A stretch of DNA of 64,000 nucleotides from Eledone cirrhosa (lineage: Eukaryota): positions 299,150,001 through 299,214,000 of the forward strand of contig OZ024740.1 in assembly GCA_964016885.1 (NCBI GenBank), given 5' to 3'. The notes below the pieces were generated by a model, which made no database searches, was not told where the DNA came from, and saw only the letters and a program-made list of their open reading frames with translations. Positions within the stretch are counted from its first letter, which is position 1. Each line of letters opens with the position of its first letter. Shown here piece by piece: positions 45,208 through 58,454 of this stretch. Made by a program: the position numbers and the translations under genes.

Positions 45208-45708
45208 CTGTATATGCAGGCGTACAAGTCGATTTGGGGTCTAAAAATATCTCTCCAAAATCAGGGGTCAACTTGTCTACCGAATATAAAATGTGAACCG
45301 TTACCACAGTGGTAAATAGTGAAACTTGCTGCCTAACACTCGTTGTACACCCCTTACTATAATTCTAGCAGCCCGCCACAATTATTTCCTACTGAATTAC
45401 ATATTTGTTAAGTCTATTTAACGTAGAGATTTCAATGACTTGCCGTAGCTCATAGGGTAGGTTACCATACGTTCGTTAAGGTAAGGCTAGGCTGGTTTAC
45501 TCAGTGAGTTACAACTCACTTACGACTGAAGTGTTTTAGAAGTGTCTTATCCTTTAGCGCGCCACTAAAACTTTGATTTATTTTCACTGCAACTGCCTTA
45601 TTTGTGTGTGTGTGGGGGGGGGGGGGGGCGTCTTATCCAGCGAATATAGGCCTAAACTTGAATTACACATCCTATGCGCCGGATCGACTTGTACGCTGGT
45701 ATATACGG
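45208..45708. mobile_element. pogo/Tigger-type MITE
   Basis: TIRs ctgtatatgcaggcgtacaagtcga / tcgacttgtacgctggtatatacgg with TA on both sides. Confidence 0.75.
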
Positions 45709-45709
45709 T

Positions 45710-45920
45710 AATTGTTTCTACTTTAGGCACAATGTCAGCAATTTGAAGGGAGAAGAAAGTCGATTAAATCGATCCCAGTGCTTACTGGTATTTCATTTAT
45801 CGACCCCGTAAAGATGAAAGGCAAAGTCAACATCGGCGGGATTTGAAATCAGAACACAAACGGCCATAACTCTATGCCACGAAACATTTGGTCCGACGCT
45901 CTACCAATTCTGTCAATCTA
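45710..45920 (-). mobile_element. SINE family A copy (long variant)
   Basis: Reverse-complement match, like 18165-18380. Confidence 0.8.
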
Positions 45921-47139
45921 CTATATTAATAATATCACTTTGCACCACCGAATCTATCTTACTAATACACCAACATACGCGTCAATAGCTGATCCACTAC
46001 ATGGTGGCTCTTTCTGAGATAAATAGTAGCTAAATTTTCCGTAATTCACCCCTACATCTTAGAAATGGACAAATTGGGTAGTGTCATTTTAGGTCCCTTC
46101 TTCATCGAAAAAGAATCGCAACGTTTCATGGCTGGAATAAGTTTGAATAAATTAATCAGAGCGAACCTGGGGGTTAAACAACTGCTCACCTAACGCTATC
46201 AATGCTAACATCAGTCCAAGAGCGCAATCATCAACACCTACACCATTATTTCATCATTACCAGACGTATTATCACCAATCCCATCATCATCATCATCACC
46301 ATTGTTAATACCAATATCATAATTACCAGTTGCATGACGTACATTATCACCACACAAAGAGGATCCATGTGTGGTCGCCCCTTGCAGTATTTGTTCCAGC
46401 TGTTTGTATTCTGAGTTCTTTTGTGGTAGACTTAATCCACTGACCAGTTCAATACCACCACTCGATCTTTGGTTGCATTTGACAGATTTCGTTCTAGAGC
46501 AAGCGTTCGGTCAAAATCTCCTATTTCAGGATAATTTTCTCCCTGCAATCCAAAAGTCTCGGAAACCTTGAAAAATGAAAGGTCATGGGCATTGCCCTTT
46601 CCTACCTTTATTAATCAGTTCAAATAAATACTCCTTGCAAAATATGGTATGATCTAGTTGGAATGCCTAATGACTGCTTGTTTAGAGATTTCCTGCAGCT
46701 AAACATAAGCATTAAGAACAGCAATTAGTATCAAAAGGAGAACATGAACATAAGTAGAAAGAAAAGTTTAGTTCTAGCTACATTATATTAGACAAAAAAT
46801 AAGAATGAAATTTCTTTCATCATATATCAGCTAGATAAGGGGTTACTTCGGGTTAAATGATAACAAAAACTAGCCGCAAAAACTTCTCCCATTGTGGTTA
46901 GTTATGAAAGTGTTGGATTTGTTTTTACCAATCGATATTAACCTGATTTTAGAAGTAGGCGAAAAGTTAGTGTCTTGCCCCGCCTCTGTTGCAGAGTTAG
47001 CCTGGTGTAGCATTAACATCAACATGACCAATAGCAGCACCGGGAATTGTTTTGTGATTTAATTAGAAACAGTCTATAGGGATTAAACAATACCATTATT
47101 GTACAGTTTTCCCACCTCACTCTCTCTTTCTCCCCCCTC

Positions 47140-47187
<48 letters not shown>

Positions 47188-47244
47188 AGCATACACGCGC
47201 GCACATACACACATAATAAGGGTTTAGATCAATATGCAGTGATT

Positions 47245-47305
<61 letters not shown>

Positions 47306-47909
47306 CTGATCATTATCTGATTGTAGCGTATGTAGCAATAAAACATAATATAATACATAAAACAACATTGAATAACATTAACTAAGTTTGTTTCTAGGTC
47401 TACGGTGATTATATTAATTCCTGCATTTGATCACCAATCTTCGCCTTTTACCGGATTTCGATCCACTATAATATACGCCTGTTATGGTGTTAATAGCTGT
47501 GTATAGAAAGCGCTGCCAAGAAACGTTGATCAAATGCCACTCCAATTTGATCTAATTATGTACGATTTCAGATTTCCCTTTCTATTAGATCTTATTTCTC
47601 TGTGAAATCTATTGGATTCGATGGGCAGTGAACATCTCTTACATGCAGATTTGTCTCTCTATTAGATCTTATGACTGTGAAATCTATTGGTTTAGTTGGG
47701 CAATGAAACATATCTTACTTGCTGTCCCTTCATAGCAAGGGAAACAAGAAAAATAAAATTGTTTTACCCTACGGCAGAAACTTCAATTACCGGAAATCTC
47801 ATATGGAGTAACCAATTTAATGATTAGAGAAGTGTAACTCAAAGGAATCGAAATTAAGTCTTTTGCATATTAAGAACACCACTACATTGAATAATACTTG
47901 GTGTGCATG

Positions 47910-47945
<36 letters not shown>

Positions 47946-47983
47946 TGTATGTATGTATGTACATATGTGTGTATGTATGTATG

Positions 47984-50763
47984 TTCTTCTGGTTTTATAA
48001 TTTCACAAATTTTTTCCCAATAGAGAGAGGGTCGGTTTCTAGCATAGACACAAGACTCTCTCATTGGAATTTACACAACATCAACTAGGCAGATATGTAT
48101 GCATATCTGCATGCATGCATGCATGTGCAGGTATGGATGTTACTCTATGTGTGGATGTGGATGTTTTGAGTTGTATGTGTGCATGTGTTTATGCTTTGCA
48201 TCTGTACATGTGTATATGCAGTTATTAGATGCAACATTTTTGGAATGTTTTACATATTTTTACTGTTCCATTAATGGGTTGTACTTGTAATTTCCTAACT
48301 AGTTGTGTTCTTTCTGTTCCTGTGAAGCCGAGATTCTCAAGATTTGTATTGAGGCAGTTACTAACATACCCCAGTGCCCCAATAATCACAGGCATAAATC
48401 TGAAGGTGTAATCATGGTGGAGTATCTGCAGATTTCTCATCAGTTCTGCATAAATACTCTCCTCTTCGCTAATCTTTGATATTACATTGGCATCTGCTGG
48501 GCAGCTAATTTCCACTACTGTGCATGCTTTCTTCTCCCTGTCCCATATCATAATATCTTCTCTGTGATGCCTGCATTATATTGGGGTTTTTACTGGAACA
48601 TTCCACCAGTACTCTTTCATATTATGTACGTGGATGTCTTCCACATTGCTGTAGCTTTTAATGTGTTTATTATCGGGACTATCTTTTTTACGAACTGAAT
48701 TGTACAGTGTTTTGGCCACTACATCATGCCTCATAGGTAAATAGTACTGCAATGACATCTTTGGACAGCTGCTGATGATATGGGTGATATCCTGGATGTT
48801 AGTTCTGCAGAGTCTGCACTTGTTATCACATCTAGTTGTTTTGCCTGCATCCCTATCTCTTTTGTGAATCAGGTATTTCGTGTTAATCTCCTGTTCTTGG
48901 ATTGCAAAAGCGTATCCTTCAAAGTGGGAGCCAATATAGCGGTTGTTGGTCCAATATAGACTACTTTCCTTATCTATATTACTCTCAATCTGGAGCTTCC
49001 TGGCAAGATATTCATGCATGATTTTTTGCTGATAAGCATGCAGTTTTTCATCCATGGATTCACTGCCATACTGCTGAGCGACTTCTCTGGGTGTGAGTTT
49101 TTGATTATCACACAGGGAATATCTCTCGAGGAGTTCCTTCCCAACTCTCATGATCTTATCTGTTTCATTCAGATAGACTTGCTCGAGAGTCGGGCTCCTA
49201 CGTTTCGAGGTCCGTAGATGTTGTCGGAGGTATATGATGCGACATTCAAATGCTGTCTGGACTGATGTTAGGCTTCTGCCTCCCTGCTTACGTTTCAAGT
49301 AAAGGCGGTCTATGTCACTATTGATGTGGAAGTTACCGGTGTTGTTTAGTATTTTTCGAGTTCCAACATCAACTGCTCCGATTTCGTCTATCGTCCAATT
49401 GAGTATTCCAAACATTGGTGTTAGGACAGGCACAGCAAACACATTGTGAGCCTGTTTTGTTTTGCGCAAAGAGTTCTGATGACCAAATCTTTCTTAATCG
49501 GGTGTGGTATTCCCTGGTTACGCGTTCCTTATTACATATACCATTATAGGATATGTTCTCATCTATCCCCAGGTATCTGTAGCAGTCCTCATCGGATATC
49601 GGTGAAACAGTTAGGCCATTGATGACAATGTTGCTATATTGGCTTGTTGTTTTTCCCCGCTTTACAGTCATATATGAGCATTTATCTTGGCCAAACTCCA
49701 TTCCTATATCCTTTGAGAACGTTGTAACCAGGTCAAGATTTTTCTTCAACCCATCCATGTTCTTGGTATAGAGTTTCAGATCGTCCACAAAAAAATTATG
49801 GGTTAGGTTCGTATTTCTGTCCTCCTGTGAGCCAATGATGTATCCCTCACATTTCTTGAGCAGAAAGGACAAGGGGTTTAATGACAAGATGAATAATATC
49901 ACAGAGAAACTGTCCCCTTGAAATATACCCCTGCGATATTTTATTTTATCAGTGAAAATCGAGTCCTCCCTCTCTGTCTTTAACCTTAGGATAGTAGCTC
50001 AAGAAGAAGACAGCCTCTCTATGACTCTGACAATAATGTCTGGGACTTTAGCAAGTTGGAGGGCCTCTATCATCCAAGAGAGGGGAACAGAATTGAAAGC
50101 TTTCCTGTAGTCCAGCCAGACTGTAGTCATATTCCTCCTAATTTGTCGCACCTCCGACATCGCAGTTTTGTTGATTAGGAGTTGTTCAGCACATCCCCAA
50201 ACCCCTTTCTTTCCAACTGCTTGTTCATCTGTGATGATGTTAATATTTTCACAGTGATCTTGGAGGAAGAGGAATAGGTTCAGGCAGGCTGTATACATCC
50301 TAGACATCAGGTTCTGGCATGCAATGGATCGGTAGTTTTTTGCCAAGTGGGTGTCATTGTTCTTGGGGACCAGTAATGTTTGTGCTAATGTCAACCATTC
50401 TGGTATAAGTGTATCTCCCTTAAGAACTTGTTGGTAGAGGTCAGTAAGATACCTCCGATAGAATATCAGTTTTTTGTACCAATAGCCGACAATCATGTCT
50501 CTTCCTGGTGTTTTCTTATCTTGGAATTTTCCTATCATAGTCTCACTTATTTTGTATGTTTTTGTTGTAGTGGAGGAGCAATAGTTCTTTCGGATTTCTC
50601 TTAGCCACACTGCATCTTGGTTAAAATTCTTCTTTTCACCCCATATTTTGCTCCAAAAGGAATCTATGTCTTTCTGGGATGGGGCCTCAGTGACACTTAT
50701 TATTTTGTTCTTTATATCTCTATAGACTGATGTTTGGTTTCGTCTGAATCTTTTATTAAGCAC
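47984..50763 (-). mobile_element. R4/Dong-type non-LTR retrotransposon family 1 (RT + CCHC + restriction-like endonuclease), 5'-truncated and frameshifted
   Basis: WLDYRKAFNSVP, GIFQGDSFS, HNFFVDDLKLY, DIDRLYLKRKQGGR, CRLC..HIISSC, RHD, PVIIGALG. Flanked on both sides by (TACA)n. Confidence 0.92.
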
Positions 50764-50932
50764 TATGTATGTATGTATGTATGTATGTATGTATGTATGT
50801 ATGTATGTATGTATGTATGTATGTATGTATGTATGCATGTATGTATGTATGTATGTATGTATGCATGTATGTATGTATGTATGTATGTATGTTACCAGTA
50901 TGTATGTATGTATGTATACATGTTACCAGTAG

Positions 50933-51536
50933 CACCAGTTGGTGCTACTGGTAACATGTATCCCAGTACAACCTGTCTCATGGTCGGGTCGTTGGCGACT
51001 AAACTGGCAACCCCACCAACGTTTCTTGGTGAGGAAGGTGACTTTGGACATCCTGCAGGACTAAAAACAAAACCTGTCAAAGGGCAAAGGAGCTCTTAAG
51101 AGTCAATGGCCATCCAAAATCACCGGGAGAGATGACCCCTTAGCCTTTGTCAAGGCAGAATTCTAGGAAAAGGAAAACTCTGATATAACACCTGCAAATC
51201 TGATGGTATCCAATGATGTTGACTTGTTCTTCTTTTTGGTAAATATCATCTTGGTTAAGAGAGTGGGACTGGCTTTGTGCAGTGCCTTTGCTCACTATAA
51301 AAGCTTCACGGCACTGGCATTGCTTTATATCTGGAGATCTTTCTGCACTTGTCATCACATGGAACCATGGGCCCAGCACTATGTGTCAATAAATATCACA
51401 AGTGTAGTGTTTGTACCAGAGTTTTCAAGGCGCTGGCTGGACTAAAAGGTCATACTCGTTCTGCGCATCGATAGGGGTTCTCCTACATGGATATAAAGTA
51501 GTGGCCGTACTCGAAAACGAGTTGGCAGCCACCATC
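50933..51536 (-). mobile_element. 600-bp module, copy C
   Basis: Reverse complement of copy A. Ends in a 21-bp-arm hairpin at 50917-50960. Confidence 0.85.
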
Positions 51537-51770
51537 TATGGATGTATGGATGGATGTATGTTTGTATGTTTGTATGTTTGTATGTATGTATCATTTGCGT
51601 TTGTATGTATGCATATATGTGTGTATGTATGTTTGTATGTATGCATTTATGTATGGGCCTGTAACTCCTGATAGATTCTTAGCGGCATCGTAGTGACATA
51701 CAGTGTGTCTTAGCCATTTTGAAACCTGGTGGAGGTCATTACTTCGCCAGGTCTAAACATCGCCAATTGT

Positions 51771-51897
<127 letters not shown>

Positions 51898-52312
51898 TGG
51901 AAATAGCATGGGAAAGAGACGCAGAGGAGTATTTAACCTTATAACTGAACTACTAGTTTTTTTATCGACCTCAAAATGATCTAAGTCAAAGTTGACCCGG
52001 GGGTGAGGTTCTTGAACTCACTGCTCACAGAGCCGGTACGAATACAGCAAAACATTTTATTCGCAGCCTATTATATTTGGTATAGGGCATGTTTATTATA
52101 TGAATTCTGACCAAGTTGGAGTTGACTTCATTTATTTGCTCATCCATACTTAGTCGATCAAGCAATGTACTCATCATGTATTTGGGTAGAGTTAATCGAC
52201 CTTACACAGCCCAAAATGTGTCGTGTATGAGAAATCAAAATATATATTTCTAACCAAACATCTACTAGAAACATGTACCTGTTTCTGATATATAAAACAT
52301 GTATGTATGTAT

Positions 52313-52352
52313 GTTCTTCTGGTTTTATAACTTTATAAATTTTTACCACTAA
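52313..52352 (-). mobile_element. Extreme 3' end of LINE family 1 within (TACA)n
   Basis: gttcttctggttttataa matches 47983-48000, with TACA repeats on both sides. Confidence 0.6.
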
Positions 52353-52636
52353 GTATGTATGTATGTATGTATGTATGTATGTATGTACACGCACATACAC
52401 ACGCACACACTCTATACATAATACGATTTTTACCTTTTCAGCATGACGCGCTCGATCACCGCCTTTTAAAACAAAACCAACTGATTTTCTTATACAACAA
52501 CGCCAGAATCAACAGTTTTCCAAGAGATGGTGACATGAAGAGACCTGTTTTTTTCTCAAATATTGTTTCTTTAGTTTCTGCTACTGCCCCCTTTGTTCTA
52601 TCTTTCTATTTTTTGTTTAATTTCTCATTTTATTTT

Positions 52637-52670
52637 CTGATGAAGGACAAGCGTCCGAAACGTTGACTCT
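52637..52670 (+). ncRNA. 5'-truncated hammerhead core
   Basis: CTGATGA a ggac-aagc-gtcc GAAA cg TT gactc. The 5' strand of helix I is missing. Confidence 0.55.
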
Positions 52671-52746
52671 TTTCCTACTATATCAAACGTAAACTAGTTC
52701 TTCATTGTTCTCCGTCGTTTGTTTTGTTATTTCTTTTTGCCTTTTG

Positions 52747-52781
<35 letters not shown>

Positions 52782-53235
52782 GTATATATATTATATGTGT
52801 GAGTAAATAAAACACAAAAGGAATGGGGAGTAAACACAGTTAATATGTGAGAGTTTCAAAAAGAGTAAAGAAACAGTGATATACTTATATTATTATTATA
52901 AACTTGGCAGCCGTCTCGATGGCCTAATATAAGTATTAGGGACGGTGGAGTTCCCTGTCCGTGCTTCTATCCTTGTCAGGAGCTTCACATAGGATGTCTT
53001 TTCTCCACACAAAAAAATGTTGACCTTGTGCCTAAATCAGAAACCATTATTTCAAAGCAAAAGCTCACTGGACAACCACTGTGATATATTTATTTGGGAA
53101 GGGGTTATTTATATCTTACTCCCTACCTTTCAAACACAGTTTTGACAAGACATATCCTCCTTCTAGTTCGTCAGTAGTTTCCCAACAGCTATCTATACCT
53201 ATCTACCTATTTATCTAGAGAAACACCTGAACACA

Positions 53236-53476
53236 CAGGGGTGGTGGAGCTATTTCTGAATTAGGGGTGTGGGTGGGGAAAATTTTGGACAATTTAGTTG
53301 TCGTGATTAGTTTAGCTCTTTGCACGCTAAAATGGTCAGAAAACTTCAATATGCGATTAACATAACAAGTACATAAATTGTAGCGCATATCCAAATGGAT
53401 GTGTATTTTGGTAGTTTGGGTAGAACATATCATTATTGGAGGGGCATGTTCCCCCGTCCCAGTTCCACCGCAACTA
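53236..53476. mobile_element. Degenerate hAT-type MITE
   Basis: caggggtggtggagct resembles the reverse complement of agttccaccgcaacta. Confidence 0.4.
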
Positions 53477-53594
53477 TATATATATATATATAATTAATAA
53501 AAATGATGCTCTGTGTCCTTTCCTAAGGAGTTAATATATCGTGTTTCTTCGCATTTGGTAAAAAACTGGTATTATACCCAATTTATTTATCTCC

Positions 53595-53677
<83 letters not shown>

Positions 53678-54737
53678 CTTTATATATATATATATATATA
53701 TATATTAATTTATTATAGCAATTGGTGAGATTTGATGCTCCAAAGATTCGCCTGTGCACTCACAGATTCACTAGTCTTGTCTGGGGAGGACGCAGGTTAG
53801 ATACCAGTGCTTAGCCATAATAAGTGAATATTTAAATTCTACTTCGGTATTGAGCTTTCATTCTTACATCTGTCGATAATTCACGTACTCCCAGGTTTTG
53901 AATATTCGTCGCCACCCCACGCTTATTAATTCGTCAGCTCCCACTCCCCGGTTTATTGTAAGTGATACATATTGATACAGCAGCTGGAGAATCTAATAAT
54001 AATTATATTTTACATTTGGAAAAACATTATATATGACAAAAGAATAACATTAGAAGAAATCCCATATTTACGAACGTACACTATATAATTACTGATTTCC
54101 CAAGACCCCCACCCTCATTATTGCCACCCCTTCTTATTATTTGGGACCCGAGAGTAGCACCAAACTCTCCTCCTCTCTATTTCTATCACATGGAACTCTT
54201 TTAATCCCCCTCTCTGTATCTACTAAAACCAAACTCTACACCTCTCTATATCTACCACAACACCTCCTCTCTTATCCCACTCTATATCTAAGACTAATGC
54301 ACTCTCTCACTCACTATGAATATCTACACTTATCTCTTCCAATTCCCTCTGTATATCAATTATGCCTACACTCTCAACCTCTCTATATGTACTACACGGC
54401 ACTCTCCCATTATCCCTCCCTGTATATCTACAACCACCAAATTCTCCTCCACCTTCTATCTACTACATGGTATTCTATTCCAATCCCCCTTTCAAGTAGC
54501 ACCAAACTCTTCCTCTCTCTATATCTACTACATCGAACTCTCTCCCAATCCCCCTCTATATATCAATTACCACCAAACTATGCCCCTCTCTATATCTATC
54601 AATACATATCTCTATCAATCCTCTCTCTCGATTCATTACCACCAAACTCTCCTTCTCTATGTCAATTTACATCAAACTCTCCCCCTCTCTATATCTACTT
54701 TACGGAACTCTCCTCCAGTTCATCTCTCTCTCTATCT

Positions 54738-54822
<85 letters not shown>

Positions 54823-54861
54823 AACTGAGTGCGAGAGAGAGAGAGATGTATATATATATAT

Positions 54862-55060
54862 ATATTTAATATAGAAATGGCTTCTACAGGACTAGAACTG
54901 TTTCATTATTTGGGAGAACTCATCAGGGCTTTCCTGATGATTTTTCCCGAATGACACAGTTCTAGTCCTGTAGAAGCCATTTCTATATTAAATATTTATA
55001 CTCTGCTATGTATTGACTACCTTACTTACTGTATTACCCCCGATGGGACCAAGAATAAAC
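54862..55060. mobile_element. Fold-back Penelope pseudo-LTR-like remnant (copy 2) with hammerhead core
   Basis: Palindrome 54862-54993. The minus strand has CTGATGA gtt..aat GAAAC; the plus arm has decayed ctgatgat..gacac. Helix I is not evident. Confidence 0.65.
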
Positions 55061-55168
55061 ACACACACACACACACACACATACACCCCCCACACACACA
55101 TATATATATATGTATACACACACACACACATATATATACATATATATATATACATATAAATGTATATT

Positions 55169-55229
<61 letters not shown>

Positions 55230-56074
55230 CACATACACACACACACATATATATATATATAGCAGGAAGACAGAAGGTATAGGCAAAGAATCACAGAAGC
55301 CAGATAGAGTAAGAGAAAGAGAGACGGAGGGATGTTAAGATTAATAGTGCTGGCATCAATACATATATACATATAGGAACACAAAAACATCCAGATGCAT
55401 GCACACACGTATGGGTAAACACACACACACACACACAACACACACACGCACACACACAAACATACGCTCACGCAAACAAACGCATGAATAATGAAATGAA
55501 CCACGAACACTTAGATTGAAAGATACAGGTTGAGAAACATTTAGGTGTGAGAACGTGGCTGTGCACAAGTCTGAGAAATAAAAATAGACAGACAGACAGA
55601 AAGAGATAGAAGAAAGATGGGTATGAAATATATAGAAATAGAGGGAGAGAGTCGAAATAGAACTAAATACTATAAAACAGTGAAACAGAAAAAAAAAAAT
55701 AATAATAATAAAATCAGTGGCAGACAGCATGATCAAATGTAAAATTACTGGACTATAAATCTTGATTTAAAAAGAAAAAAAATATATAAAAGGTTAAGAA
55801 ATATTAATTTTTAAAAAATCGCTTAAGAACAACAAAGAAAAATGATAAAAAATTATAAAATTTTAAGAAAGCAATTAAAAGGAAAAAAATATACATATAA
55901 AAAAAGGTAAAAGAAAAATTTACAATACAAAAATGTAATAAATAAAATTTCAAAGAGACAAATTTAATGATTGGGTGTACAGTTAGGAAGGCAAATTGCA
56001 ATAACCTGAATATCGATGTATAGAGAAAAAAAAGCGCACAAAAGAATACACGCACGCACACACACACACACACG

Positions 56075-56109
<35 letters not shown>

Positions 56110-56439
56110 TTATACATACATACATATATATACATACATACATACACATATATATATATTTATTTATAGATATATAAATATATACATATATATAAACATA
56201 TAAAACATTAAATATTTCAAGTGAGAATTGTACTTTATGACCAAGTTCCAAAGGTTAATTAAGTTCAATATAGCGGTGAGTGATCGTTAATCGATTAAAT
56301 GATGGTAAAAATGTTACCAGCAAAAATCGCATATGCCAGTTGCTATTTCAAGTTATTTCTAAACTATGTATACGTCTACGTCTACTTGTATACGTGTATT
56401 GTGTGGAGGTGCATTTAATACTGCTTACTGTATTACTGT

Positions 56440-56765
56440 GTGAAGGCTTGTGGCTTACTGGTTAGGGTATTCGGCTCATGATCGTAAGGTCATGAGCTCA
56501 ATTCAAGGCTATGCGTTGTGTCCTTGAGAAAGACAATTATTTCACGTTGCTCCAGTTCTCTCAACTGCCAAACATGAATTGTACCTGATATTCGAAAGAC
56601 CAACTTTGTCACATTCTGTGTCATGCTGAATCTCCCGGAGAACTAAGTTAAGGGAATACGTGTCTGTGGAATGCTCAACCACATGCACACTAATTTCACC
56701 AGTAGGCAGTTCCATTGATTGCATCACGGTAACACTCGTCGTCTTAACCGACGGAGTGCCAGTTA
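56440..56765 (+). mobile_element. tRNA-derived SINE (family B/C)
   Basis: Box A (gtggcttactggttagg), box B-like gagctcaattc, and gtgtccttgagaaagaca..ttcacgttgctccag. A related 3' part lies at ~4800-4892. Confidence 0.7.
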
Positions 56766-57314
56766 AATTTTATTACTGTGTATATCCTTTCTGTACAAGA
56801 CGATGATAACACTTTACGTCATATATTTACTGTTTGCATGGTTTTTGCATGAATGTATTAAATTATATTATTTCAATTTCTCTTTGCCTTATAGACACAC
56901 ACGTGGTAAGGGTGTTACACACACACATACAGACACACAGACACAGACACACACAAACACAGACACACACAGACACACATATATATAAATCAGGATAGAA
57001 TCAGTGTGAGACAAGTTAGTTCGTTGGACCATTACATAAAAGAGTATTCGATACTCTTGTTAGTAGTGTATGGTTATATTTACTTTACAATATATATATA
57101 TATATATATATATATTTCGTTTCTGAATTTGTTTAGCAAGATTCTTTATCTGAAAACGTGTGTTGAAACCGATATTGTTATACTTTGGGAGGGTCATGTT
57201 GCCAATAAGAAACACACGCACCAGATGCTTTCACTTCAATTTATTATAAATTTAGGAATTTATAAATTTCCGGTTGGTTGGTTGGTTCCACAACCAGACG
57301 ATTGTTCATATATT

Positions 57315-57357
57315 GTCAAAGTACTTTCGTCACACATTCTGTGACCTCTTCAGTGAC
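57315..57357 (-). ncRNA. Minimal type I hammerhead in a Penelope 3' pseudo-LTR
   Basis: gtca CTGAAGA g gtcac-agaatgt-gtgac GAAA gtac TT tgac. Lies 140 bp downstream of the Penelope RT fragment on the same strand. The tail at 57172-57200 recurs inverted at 13875-13902. Confidence 0.8.
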
Positions 57358-57496
57358 TGGGGATACTTTTCTTTGTTTTTGTGCCTCTCCTTTGTTCTGT
57401 TCTACGTCATCTTGTTTTTGTGTGTGTTGTGTGCTTAGTTTGCGCATGTGTTACATCCGGGTGTCAGTGTGTGTTTATATTTGTTTATTTATTTGT

Positions 57497-57920
57497 ATAG
57501 AGAGGTTGAAGCCTTTAAAGAAGGCTGTGAGTTCTTTTCTTAACCTGTCGCAAGCACGTGGGCCGCACTTAGTCATGGTCAAAAGACCATCATCACGGTA
57601 CAAACCACCGCCCACGTTAGGGAATTCGTCCTGATAGAGAAAAGAAGGAAAAGGCCGACAAGATCAGTAACCTCCGCAGAATCGCTAGCACCCATACTCA
57701 CGTCGAATAGGGTACTATTAGATTTTTTAATCCAAATAGAGTCGTCGAAATTAATCACCGACTTACGGGCATTGGGGATGACATCAACTTCGAAATCCTT
57801 AACCACTGTGAGTGTTTTAGCGAAATTGATAGCTCTAAGGAGAAGTGGTAAAGTGATGGAGGAGTAGTAATTATTGATGTCGAATTGGATAAAACGGCAC
57901 TGTTCCGTGTTGCATATGTA
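57497..57920 (-). pseudogene. Penelope-like element reverse transcriptase core fragment
   Basis: FIQFDINNYYSSI..ARKS..WIKK..FDVSMGASDSAEVTDLVGL, then after a frameshift GGLYRDDGLL..DRLRKELTAFFKGFNLSI. These are PLE-type RT motifs including YRDD. Confidence 0.8.
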
Positions 57921-58243
57921 ATCTTTTTCAAGTATGGGAGCTGGTTGATGCTCCCACCAATTCTTTTCATGGGGCAGGTCAAAATGCTTACACATTATCC
58001 AATGTATGTATTGTGCAGCTCTGTCATGCCTGTTTAGGTATTCGGTTGGAGCTATAGGACTGCACATTGAAATTATATGGTCAATGGTCTCTGGTTGTTT
58101 TTACATACACGGCATAATGGGCTGCATCCATTTTTTATTATGTTGGCTTGGTAATTTTTTGTTGGCAGACACTGATCTTGTGCTGATATAATCGGTCCTT
58201 CAATCTCCGATTTCAGTCCAGAGGATGCCACCACTGATGGGTT
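57921..58243 (-). repeat. Duplicated CCHC/RHD segment of LINE family 2
   Basis: Near-identical to 58969-59294. Confidence 0.9.
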
Positions 58244-58262
58244 ATTATTATTACAGTTACTA

Positions 58263-58452
58263 GGGCGGTGGATTGGCAGTATCGGTGGAGGGTCGGACGC
58301 CATGCTTTCCAGCATAGTTACGTCCCTTTACGATCTGAGTTCAAATCCCGCCGAGGTTGACTTTGCCTTTCATCCTTACGGGGTCGATAAAATAAAGTAC
58401 CAGTAATGCACTGGGTAATTGCTGGCCTTGTGCCTAAAGTAGAAACAATTAT
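58263..58452 (+). mobile_element. SINE family A copy in the (TAA) tail of LINE family 2
   Basis: Consensus match, with attattacagtt on both sides. Confidence 0.85.
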
Positions 58453-58454
58453 TA

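Noticed and set aside
54141-54869. 242-aa and 170-aa ORFs
   Set aside because: They lie in degenerate CT-rich low-complexity repeat that is open in overlapping frames.
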